Origin: Geosiphon pyriformis uo1
Taxonomy: Eukaryota; Fungi; Glomeromycota
Direction of reading: 5' to 3'
Length of the DNA stretch: 64,000 nucleotides
Assembly (NCBI GenBank): GCA_016748015.1
Contig: JAAOMT010000070.1
Location: 310,001 to 374,000, forward strand
Below the pieces are notes generated by a model. That model did no database searches and was not told the DNA's origin. It was given only the letters and a program-made list of their open reading frames with translations. This document shows positions 40,401-51,700 of the stretch, one piece after another (positions within the stretch are counted from its first letter, which is position 1; each line of letters opens with the position of its first letter). The position numbers and the translations under genes are program-made.

Positions 40401-40860
40401 TTAGTAAACTGTTAGTGACTTCAGGCCTGGATAGAAAACGTTTCTCTTGATAAAATTCTATTTCTTTTATATTTCTTTTATTTTTTTCTTTCTTTTCTTA
40501 TTACAATCATTAGGGTAGCCTACAAATGAGATTCCTGTAGAAGAGTTGACTTTCATAGCAAAGTAACTACACATTTTAGTAAACTTCTAGATGAGCAATT
40601 CCTGGGAAAAAGTTGATGTTTACTACAATGTAACTACATAAAGTAACTGGCAAGGAATTGGCCATTCCACTTATAAGCTCAGCAGTTCAAATTATAGGAG
40701 ATAATTTGAAGATAAATTCGGTTATTGGAGGTTTAACTACTTCTAGAAAACGTGAATTTGCAACCAACAGACATTTACAACATTCAAGAAAAGAGACCAA
40801 AAACCTCTGGTAACATTTGGTACTCTCCCACGGAAATAACACAGCAACAACAAATTCAAA

Positions 40861-43800
40861 GTGGCGACCACACCAGACATAGCAACTCTAGAGTATTACC
40901 AGTCAATTTACCCACTGCAAGCAAAAATTCAACATTCCAGACGGAATTGAAGTTGTAAAGAAATCAGTATACCAATACATTGAAAACTGCATCAACAATT
41001 ATCTTTTTGGAAACTACAACATTTCAGAAGTTAGAAACAACCTCTACAATAATTTAGTGCACTATTCACAATTGGGAACAGAAGACCTGAACAGTGAAAC
41101 ACTTGCTACTTACTTCCAAGAACTTAATTTTAACATTATTGAGTATTGTAAAGAAAAATACCCAGTACAGTCTAAATACTCTTTTGACTTTGAATCAGAG
41201 ACAGAAACAAGCAACAAAGGCAAACAAAGATTGAAACAATACTCAAGAACCACTCCAAACACTCTAACACTACAAAAGACAACTGCCAAACACTTGCAAA
41301 CACCTGAACAAGGAACCAGTGTCAAATTACCACTTTCTATTACATCATTTCCAATTTCACTTGTTTAACCACAAACATCAAGTTCACCACTTAGCTGTTT
41401 TTCTAGACCAGAAAATTTTCAGTCATCTAGAAATTCTACTCAACAGCAGGAACCAATATCAACAAGTGCCAATATCATTGATTACTTACAAGAAAACGAA
41501 AGTAATTACTCAGAAAGCTTGGAAAGTGAAGAAACTGAATCAGAACCAAAAGAAATTACAGAAAACGAAAAAGAAATGGCAACTGCTTACATTGCAAAAA
41601 TCTCAGAATTCACTGGTGAAGACAATGATACCAGTCCTCAAGAATGGCTTGACAAGGTTCAAAAAGCAGGAGATGCAAATGGTTGGATTGCAGCAAAAAT
41701 GCTCAAAGCAATTCCTTACTTTCTCTAAGGAACAGCAAAAAAATGGTTTGAGAATTTAGAAGAACCATTTGAAAACTGGCAAGCATTCAAAAATGCTTTT
41801 CTACAACAATTCACCGACAACAATACCTTTATCACTCTCAGAAACTGCTTTTGCAATATCAAACAAGAAACATCTGAATCTGTTATGACCTATCTTGGAA
41901 GATTTAACAAACTTCTCAGATAAATCCGACAATTAGAAACCAATGACTACTATTCTGATGCTCAAATTCTGGATCAGTTTATAGCAGGGTTAAAAGACAA
42001 ACTGATTAAGAAAGTCTGTCCACATGTTCCAGCAGACTTAGCAACTGTTATTAGACATGCAAAGAGCTATGAAATGGCAATGGAAAAAGCAAATCACACC
42101 AAGCTTGTAAACTTTGCAATTGGAGAAACCAGCTCAGCAGCTAAAGAAAAGATAGACCAACTCACAAAGAAAGTTGAAAGCTATTTTACAAACCAACAAC
42201 AACAGCAGCAACAACCACAAAGATATCAACCACCACAACGATACAACCAAAACAATTTTGGATTACCATCCAACAACCAATCTAAAAATTGTCATTATTG
42301 TGGAATTCCAGGACACTGGAAACAAGATTGTAGGAAATTACAAAGAGACCAACAAAACAGAAGTAATCAACATTACTCTTCACCACAACAATCCTATTAC
42401 CAATCTCCACCACCAACCTATTATTTACCAAGACCACAAAATCAAAACTACTATCCACCAGCTCCACAATCAATGCAGCAACAATATCAGCAACCTTTAC
42501 CAATTCAGCCATATCAGACACCACCCACTCAACAATATCAAGTACCAGCAAGAAGATTGGTTCAACATAACCAATTCACACCCCAAAATCAATTACAAAA
42601 TAACCACAACAGAATCAATCCAAATAACCAGTTGGTTCTCTGAAATTCGGATCAGCAAAGACCCAATCACTATCACACTCAACCCAGTTATTTTACAATA
42701 TCAAAGGAATCGGATTTTTAACAAACTGCACTTTCTGAAGATGAAGTTACAGTGCTAAGATCAAACCCTTCCAACCACACCATCCCACCAGCTCAAATTG
42801 CCCAAAATGCTAATCTGTCAGATATATTTCTATTTGAATTTGAAGCAAATGAATTACCATTTCTGCTTAGTAATGCAGCAGTTAATGAACAGAAAGCAAT
42901 TACTGCTATGTACACAGAAGCTACAGTGGAAGGAAAACCCATTCGCTTAATCTTAGATAGTGGATCAGCTGGAAGTATCATCACTTACTAGCTAATGCAA
43001 CAACTCAAACAAAATATAGACAGACCAGCTCAAACAGTTATTGTTACAGCTGATGGTATGAAGAAGACTCCAGTAGAAGAAATTGATGATTTCTCTTTTT
43101 CAATTGATGGAATTACCATTCCAGTTAAAGTTCTTGTTATGGATGCACCCCAATACCAAGCTCTAGTCAAAAATGATTGGCTTCTCAAGACCAATACAAA
43201 CCTGAACTGGAAAACTCAAGAACTTAAAATCTTATACCAAGAACAATATACCATAATACCTGCAATCTGTGGTATCTTTAACAAATGATCAGAAAAAGCT
43301 CCAGTATTTGAATTTGAAGAGGAGAAAGAAATGCCACTTACTGAAATTTACATGGCTTTTGGATCAATATCCAATTGGGCTGAAGAAACCAAACAAGAGA
43401 TTTTTGAAGAATCAAGAAGATAAAAGAAAGTTAGATATTCTACATCAGAACCATGGAAACAACCATCCTATATTCCACTCAAATGCAAAGATTGCAACAA
43501 AAAACTTTCATCAATAGGAGCATGTATTTCTCCAGAAGAGGAATATGAAACTCATATCTGTTACTTTTGCAAAGCATGCCATAGAGAACGATTTGGATCT
43601 CCAAAAAGAAGTGGAAAATGGGACAACACACTTTGCCTTATATGTGGAGAAATGCTACCAAAAGAATGCAATTGGATTGATGTAGCAATAAGAGGAGGAG
43701 TATGTGATCAAACCTGTCAATATGCTCTATCAATTTCGGAAAAAGTCAGAAGAAGAACACCATTTGATGCAGCATACAACAGTGCTCTCAATAAACTTTA

Positions 43801-46480
43801 CCACTACCCTTATAATGCTGAAATGATTTTTGACCTAGTAATGGCATTGATTAATGGAGCCACCCAAGAAGATGTCTGCCAAATGAAAGAAGCTGAATTT
43901 ATTGAGTATACCATGGAATTAGCTGGATTCAATTATGAAGATGAAGTAGAAACCTACCACCAAATTGCAAGCCACACATATCCGACCAAAGAAGCTCAAA
44001 TTCAACAATTAGAACAAATGAACATTCAATTGTGCGAAGAATGTGTTATGCCTTGTAATGACCAATGGTGTTTAGAATGTTATGCTCTTAGCATTCCTCT
44101 GCCAGATAAGAATAATGAAAATGAAATCGAATTTGGAGTATCTGAACTAGTAGAAAAACTACCAACCACTCCCATCTATCTTCTTGAAAAGCAACCACCT
44201 CTACAACTTAAATATTTTGACAACCATGGCCAAGGAATCAGACCAGAAAAAGCACACGAAATTGATGCTGGATATGACTTAAGATACCCAGGAAAAGATA
44301 CTTTAATTCTCCAACCAAAGTCTTTGACAAAAATCAATCTAAAAATTGCTCTTGAAATTCTACCAGGAGCAATAGTTCAAATTGCCTCCAGATCATCATT
44401 GGCAAGCAAAGGAATCAATATTAGAGGAGGAGTTATAGATGCAGGATACACTGGAGACATTACCATCATGTTACAGAATAAGACAGACAAACCATTCAAA
44501 ATTGAACATGCTAAAAAAATTGCTCAAGCAATTTACTTACCCTTAATCAACATTTCAGGTTTACAATCAGTAAACAACAGAGAACAATTGGAAAAAAGTG
44601 AAAGAGGAACTCAAGGTTTTGGTTCAACTGGACAATTTACAGTCCCAGTAAACATAGTTCTTAATACACAAAATGAATCTCACCAGATTCTTCAACTTTC
44701 TTAGCCAATTACCATTTTATCTTTTGGAGAATATCACGAAATTTACACTTGCTCAAAACTCACCACTACACAACAAATCTTTGAATCCAATAAACAAATC
44801 TGTTTGAAGCATAAAATATTAATTCCAAATGTTTATATTCCCAAAGTAATGAAAAAATTTCGAGTTATATTCTACAATCCCAATAATTACCCTATTGTTT
44901 TATTAAACAAATTAGAAATTGGAATCATACACAGCAATATCTTTCAAGATGAAAATCCTCAAATTGTCTTTAATTTTATTGAAATTGTAAAACACACTCT
45001 ACTCCCAAATCCAAATATCATTCTTACTACTGAAAACTACCACTTGTTGGAAGAAAAACTCTCTCGAATCAATATGGGTTCCTTAGAATCTCAACAACAA
45101 AGACAATTGAAACAATTAATAGCTGAATTTGCAGATATATTTGCAAAAGACAACAATGACTTGGGAAAAACAGACATTGTTCAACATCAGATCCATACAG
45201 AAGATGCTCTACTAAAACATCAACAAGCTTATCAAGTGCCACCTGCCAGCCACCAATTCATCAGAGAAAAGGTCCAAAGAATGCTCAATAACGGATTGAT
45301 TCAATCATCAAGAAGTTCTTGGGCCTCACTAGTAGTTTTAGTTAAAAAGAAAAACGGAAAAATCAGATTCTGTGTTGATTATAGACAACTGAATAGTGTT
45401 ACAATTGGAGATGCCTATTCTCTTTCAAGAATTGATGACATGCTAGATGCTCTAGGAAAAGCCAAGTTCTTTTCAACTTTAGACCTGGAAAGTGGATACT
45501 GGCAAGTCGAAATGGACCCAAAAGATAGACCCAAAACAGCATTCACCACTCAAGAAGGAAATTATGAGTTTAATGTTATGCCTTTTAAACTCTGCAATGC
45601 ACCAGCAACATTTCAGCGACTTATGGATATTGTCTATGAAGGGCTCTTGTGGCAATCAGTAGTTGTTTATCTTGATGATACTGATGTATACTCACCAAGC
45701 TTTGAAGCCCATCTCATTCATCTGCAAGAAGTTTTTCAACGATTACAGAAAGCAGGATTAAAGTTAAATATTGAGAAATGTCCCTTTGGAAAAACAAGCT
45801 TGATCTTTCTTGGACACATAGTTAGTAAAGATGGAATCAAACCAAATCCAGGAACAATCAGTGTTGTTAAAAACTTTCAAACCCCCAGAAATACTACAGA
45901 ACTAAGAGAATTTGTGGGATTAGTCTTTTACTATCAAAAATTCATAAAAGAATTCTCAGAAATCACCAAACCACTTAATTATCTTATCAACAAAAACGTA
46001 CCATACAAATGGACTGAAGAACAACAAAAAGCTTTTGAAATTCTCAAAACAAAATTGACAACAGCCCCAGTTCTTGCTTACTCAGACTTTAACAAATGAT
46101 TCCAATTAGCCACTAATGCTTCACACATAGCATTTGGTGCTATCTTATCACAATTGGATGAAAATAGCCAAGAACAAGTTATTGCCTATGTCAGCAGAAC
46201 ACTCAAGCCAACAGAACTCAAATATGGCTTAACTGAATTAGAAGCTGCTGCAGTTATTTGGGCTCTTAAACATTTTCAACAATATCTGAAGAATGGAAAA
46301 GAATTTGACATAATAACAGACAACATTGGCCTCAAATGGCTCAATAAAAAGAAAACTGAACAAAGTGTCAAACAGTCTCGATAGAATGACTTCCTAGCAG
46401 ACTACAGATATATTGTACACCACAAACCAGGAAAACTACATATCAATGTTGATAGTCTCTCAAGAATGAGACAAGATTAA
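40861..46480 (+). pseudogene. Element B Gag-PR-Cys-rich-dUTPase-RT-RNase H polyprotein
   Basis: ORF-track pieces from 41057 to 46154 share one frame. CCHC CHYCGIPGHWKQDC, protease LILDSGSAGSII, RT LDLESGYWQV and YLDD, RH ELEAAAVIWAL. Ends NVDSLSRMRQD* at 46480. Confidence 0.93.
44200..44635 (+). other. dUTPase domain within element B pol, between protease and RT
   Basis: All five trimeric dUTPase motifs are present: AGYDL, IASRSSLA, GGVIDAGYTGDI, KIAQAI, RGTQGFGSTG. Confidence 0.93.
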
Positions 46481-46538
46481 TACCAACAACAATTCCACCA
46501 CAGCTTACCAACATACCAACAAAAATAACCAAACAAGA

Positions 46539-47924
46539 ATGGATCCCAGAAACTACAGCAATCTTAAAAATTATTTGGAGACTCTTACCATGCCAAAAAA
46601 CTGGTCTCCAAGTGAAAAACACCACTTACAACACCAATCAAAACAATATTTCATACACCAGAACAAAATTTATTATAAAAATCACAGAAAACCAAACCAG
46701 CCACTCAGATTAGTACAAGAGAATGAAAAAGAAACAATTTTATACAACATGTACACAGATCCGTCTTCAGCATACTTGGGAAAAGAGAAAACAATTCAAA
46801 GAACCCTTGAACATTATTTTTGGCCTCACATGTAAAAAGACATTTGACAATATGTAGAATCTTGTGATAATTGTTAAAAAAGAGGAGAAACTCGCCTCAC
46901 AGAACCTTTAAATCCAATCAAAGTTGGACAACTTTTTGACAGAGTTGGAATTGATTTAGTCGGACCATTACCTATCACAACCCAAGGAAATTGTTATATT
47001 GCAGTTGCAGTGGATTATCTTACCAAATGGTCTGAAGCTAGAGCCATCTAAAGAGCAGATGCAAAATCAGTAGCAAATTTCATCTATGAAGACATTATCT
47101 GTAGACATGGATGCCCAATTGAACTCTTATCTGATCAAAGAACACATTTTGTGAACAACTTGATACAAAAAATTTGTGAACAGTTCAATGTCAAAAGACC
47201 TCTATCATCACCTTATTACCCTCAAACAAATGGACTTGTAGAACATTTCAATAGAACATTGTGTGAATCTCTAGCCAAAGTCTTAACAGACTTTGAGCAG
47301 GAATGGGATATCTTTATTTCATCAGTGTTACTAGCATACAGAACACTAAAACAAGATACTATGAAACACACACCATTTGATCTTACTTATGGAAGGACAG
47401 CAACATTACCAATTAATTTCACAGTGGAAACATACCCAGTGCAACCAATCAATGAAGAAAACTTTCAAGAGACACTCCAAAGAAGAGCCTACACTCTTCT
47501 TAGTACACTGGAAGAAAAAAGAAGAATAGCAGCAACTTATATTGAACATTCCCAAGCTCAACAAAAAAAAAGACATGACAACAAATTACCACCTATTACC
47601 AACAAATTTAAAGTTAGAAATAAAGTTTTCTTACACAGAACTAAGGCTGAAAAACAATGGAGTGGAAAATTTGAAAACAAATAGAATGGACCATTTTATA
47701 TTCACGAAATTCTAGGCAATGGATCATATAAGTTAAGATTTGATGACAAAATATTAGCAAAAGTTGCACATGGAGACAGATTGAAACACTATCATTCCAG
47801 AAACAATTCTGAACCATTAATTCCACAAATTGGTACACATTCCTCTTTAATTAATCCTGAAGATATTCCCTGAAATTTAGAACCAATAATTATAATAGAA
47901 CAACAACCAAACTTGAACACTTAA
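46539..47924 (+). pseudogene. Element B integrase, stand-alone ORF (~461 aa)
   Basis: Own ATG 58 nt after the pol stop, in the +1 frame. Zn-binding region, GIDLVGP / SDQ / NGLVE DDE core, TPFDLTYG, GPFYIHEILGNGSYKL. No chromodomain. Confidence 0.9.
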
Positions 47925-48066
47925 ATTTTACAACAATTCTTTAATAAAAACACAAAGACAAAAATAGTAAATAATTACAAAACACCCAAACCCAAAAACA
48001 AATAAAAACCCCATATCCAAAAATAATTTTTTTTATTCTCTCTTTTCATAAATAGTCAATTTTATC

Positions 48067-48744
48067 ATGATTATTCCCCAAAATATTCAACAAATATCCC
48101 AAAAATTAATGTTAGCCTTGAAAACACTCCCTGACTTATCTATAACGATTAATGGAAGTCAAATTAATTACATTCAGAAAGAAACTACAGCCCCAGTAGC
48201 AAATCAGTTACAAAACTATCACCCCTATAGAAGAAAAACAAGAAGTTACTCTGAGAATAGATTACCAAGACTTTTTGAAACAGGCACTAGAAAAAAATCT
48301 TTTAATTGCCCCTATTGACATTCCACCAAATGCTACAATACAACAAAAACTTCTACTACTTCTTAATAAACAGAACAATGAACACATCCCTATCTATAAA
48401 TACTTTCAAATTGGAAAAACACTTTATGAATGAAAACTGGAACTTAAAGCAACAAATCTCACTCCTGAAGTTATACAAAAACAAATCCACAATAAATTCA
48501 AAACAGCAGCTGGATCAACAAACATTTGCTACAAACTTAGAGCAGCTCTTAGACTCTATAACTTGTTTAATACTTGTGAAAATGTTCTACAAAATCCAAT
48601 ACTGCAACCAATGAAAGTTTAATATATTGGCAAACTCACAGAACTGAAATTTCAACAATTTTCAGACCAGATTACTTTAATTATTTTAGATCACTATCTT
48701 AATATTACAGATAATACTTGGACTTTGATGAAGCTCAGTCTTGA
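48067..48744 (+). pseudogene. Element B ORF3 (homologue of A ORF3; two frameshifts)
   Basis: MIIPQNIQQISQKL...SITINGSQINY, then in a shifted frame YKYFQIGKTL...LRAALRLYNLF...IGKLTELKFQQFSDQITLIIL, ending DFDEAQS* overlapping the PPT. Confidence 0.72.
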
Positions 48745-51700
48745 GGAGGAAATTATGTTACCAGTAGAATTTTAGCTATTAATTAGCATGAAATTACCCT
48801 TATAATTTCTATAATTCATTAGTATATTAATATCATTTCAAATTATCATTTATTATTTAATCAATTATCACATATCACGATTTAATTAAAATAATCTAAT
48901 TAGTATAACAGAAAGTAGGATGATCAAATTACACAATACCCTGAACTTTGTAACATTCAAAAATTCGCTGAAATTTACAGAAATTCGCCAAAATTATGAA
49001 TAGTTCACCCAAATTAATCAATAGTTCAGTGAAATAACTTGTAGTTCATCAAAATATATCTTTAGTTTGCTGAAATTTGAGCAAAGAGAAAAAGTGCAAG
49101 TTCATAGACTAGTACTACAACAAGTTGTATAAAAGAAAAGCTTTTCTCTTCTGGAAAATATATCTTACTTTAGATTTATCTCTTAAAACCGTTCCTATAC
49201 ACACAAAGAGAAATAAATATCAAATAATTCGAAAAAACCAAATTCTTTAATTATTGTACTTGGAAAAACCCCAAAAACCCAACTAACATTTCGAAATTGA
49301 TTAGCTACCAATTTCAGTAAACTGTTAGTAATTCCAGGCCTGGATAGAAAACGTTTTTCTTGATAAAATTCTATTTCTTTTACATTTCTTTTATTTTTTT
49401 TTTCTTTTCTTATTACGATCATTAGGGTAGCCTACAGATGAGATTCCTGTAGAAGAGTTGACTTTCATAGCAAAGTAATTACACATTTTAGTGAACTTTC
49501 AGACAAGCAATTCCTGGAAAAGAGTTGACGTTTACTACAACATAACTACATAAAGTAACTGGCAAGGAATTGGCCATTTCACTTATAAGCCCAGCAGTTC
49601 AAATTATAGGAGATAATTTGAAGATAAATTCAGTTATTGGAGGTTTAACTACTTCTAGAAAACGTGAATTTGCAACTAACAGACATTTACAACATTTAAG
49701 AAAAAAGACCAAAAACCTCCAGTAACAATGCCCAAGCTGTAAATCTAGTGATAAATAAATCATTTGACTTGGATTCCAAATTGAAACAATTTAGTGACTC
49801 AATCAATCAGAAATTGGAAGGATACTTAGCTAACACCAATCAGGCAATTTATCAGCCTTTACAATGATGCAACAATCAAGGAAACTCTAATTATTCCCAA
49901 AATTAACCACATTCATTATCATTGACCAATCACCAGTGGCAGTAGAAAATGCGTGTATGCCACTATTGTGGTAAACAAAGACATTTGCAATTTGAATGTC
50001 ACAAAAAGATAAACAACCTATGATCAGTTAATTAGTATCGAAACTCCAATCACTGACTACAAATTCAGAATTATGTTAGTAATCAATCACCAGAACAATA
50101 CCAACTTTAATTACATTATTCTTCAATAATACAGCTGATTTATCAAACCCCAATGACACAGCAATTATACTCACCTCCAGTATATCAGTCTTCAGCATCA
50201 ATTTATCAACCAACAACATCCATAATCTATCAACCACCACAGCCACAAGTACTCTATCAGTTCCAACCAATTTAAATGCCACCTCAAAATCCAGATCCAA
50301 TGACATGAAGAAACCAAAGACCAAGAATGATCCAACAAAACTGGAGATCAGCAATAGTAGTTTATCAACCAATTTTCAGTTTATCTACCTAGCAATCAGG
50401 ATCATGCCAATAGAGTTCAGAAACTGGGTATTCTCAAAACCCAAATTTCCAGAACTATTTAAATCTTCTGGTTACCTTAGAAGACACCACACCCAACAAA
50501 CCAGAACCCAACCAAAAACAACCTCTTATCAACAACATATTGCCAGCAACTATCACCAACAATAACTCATTAGCAGCCATCTTTTTATTCGAATTAAAAA
50601 TCCAAATAAAGACACCATTCTTCAGTGGAGCTGCACTTAATGAAAAATCCATCACAGTGATGTATACTAATGCCAAAGTTGATGAACAGACCATTAAATT
50701 GATTCTGAATAGTAGATCAGCAGGCAGCATCATTACATGACAACTCATGGACCAATTAAGTTGCTGAGTTGATCATGCTGTCAATACCAGGATAATAACA
50801 GCTAATAAAGTAACCAAAACTCCTATCAACAAGATTGATGATTTTCTCTTTGAAGTAAACAGTATTATTACTCCAATTAAAGTTTTGGTAATGGAAGCTA
50901 TGCAATACCAAGCATTAGTTAGTAATAACTGGCTAGTCAAAACAAATGCCATGCTCAACTGGAACATACAGGAACTACAGCTTAGCCAGAATAGTCAACA
51001 CATACAGGTACCTGTCACATGTGGTCACTTCAAACCCATCAACATGCCATTGGCATTCCCCATTGAGTTTGACAATGAAGAAAAAAAACCTATCTGGAAA
51101 GCATACCAAATCTCCTGGGCCAATAACAATCACAATGAGCTACCACCAATTCTAGACTGGGAAGAAAAAGACAAAAAAAAAGGGAAAAAAAAAAGAAGAC
51201 ATATCTGAAAAGAACCCAGACAACACAGAAACTAGCAGTTGAGAAAGTTCATACTCCACTAATACCAGGCCAAAACCACTTTATATTCCACTCAGGTGCA
51301 AAGACTGCAGGAAAAAATTGTCTTCCATAGGAGCTTGGGTTGCACCAGACAAAGATTACTGGATGTAAACCCACTATTACTACAAGCCATGTTATTAAAA
51401 ACAGTATGGCTATCCAAAACAACAAAACAAGTGGAACAATAAACCATGTCTTGCTTGTGGAGAACAGTTGCTTGATGAAAGAATGTGAAACAACATTCTT
51501 GGTCGAAGAGGAATGTGCGATGCTTTGTGCCAATACATGATTCTTATAAGTGACTGGATTAGTTGTGACACTCTTATTACTATAGCTTAGCACCAAGCAA
51601 TAACTCATCTGGATGGTTACCCACATGACAAAGATGAAATTTGGTGGATGGTGAATGCCAAAGTCAAAGAAATCATGTTCAATGAAATATTAAGAATCAA

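Larger units (their letters stand above)
39822..49727 (+). mobile_element. Ty3/gypsy element B, full length (9.9 kb), least degraded
   Basis: LTRs 39822-40815 and 48756-49727 (TGTTACCAG...TAACA), PBS TGGTACTCTCCCACGG at 40818, PPT GAGGAGGAAA at 48743-48752, TSD ACGC/ATGC inside the gag of C. Confidence 0.96.

Noticed and set aside
42641-42643. Programmed gag/pol stop or frameshift in B
   Set aside because: Gag and pol share one frame, and this TGA looks like a CGA>TGA decay with no conserved counterpart evident in A'.
47690-47924. Chromodomain at the integrase C-terminus
   Set aside because: Only the GPF motif and a short Pro/Ile-rich tail are present; no aromatic-cage YLVKWxG pattern.
48306-48614. 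102-aa ORF in the ORF track downstream of B integrase
   Set aside because: The frame homologous to A ORF3 is a different one (YKYFQIGK...RLYNLF), so this ORF is an off-frame by-product.
39822-49727. Any currently autonomous, intact element
   Set aside because: Even B has multiple in-frame stops in gag, RH and IN, plus frameshifts.
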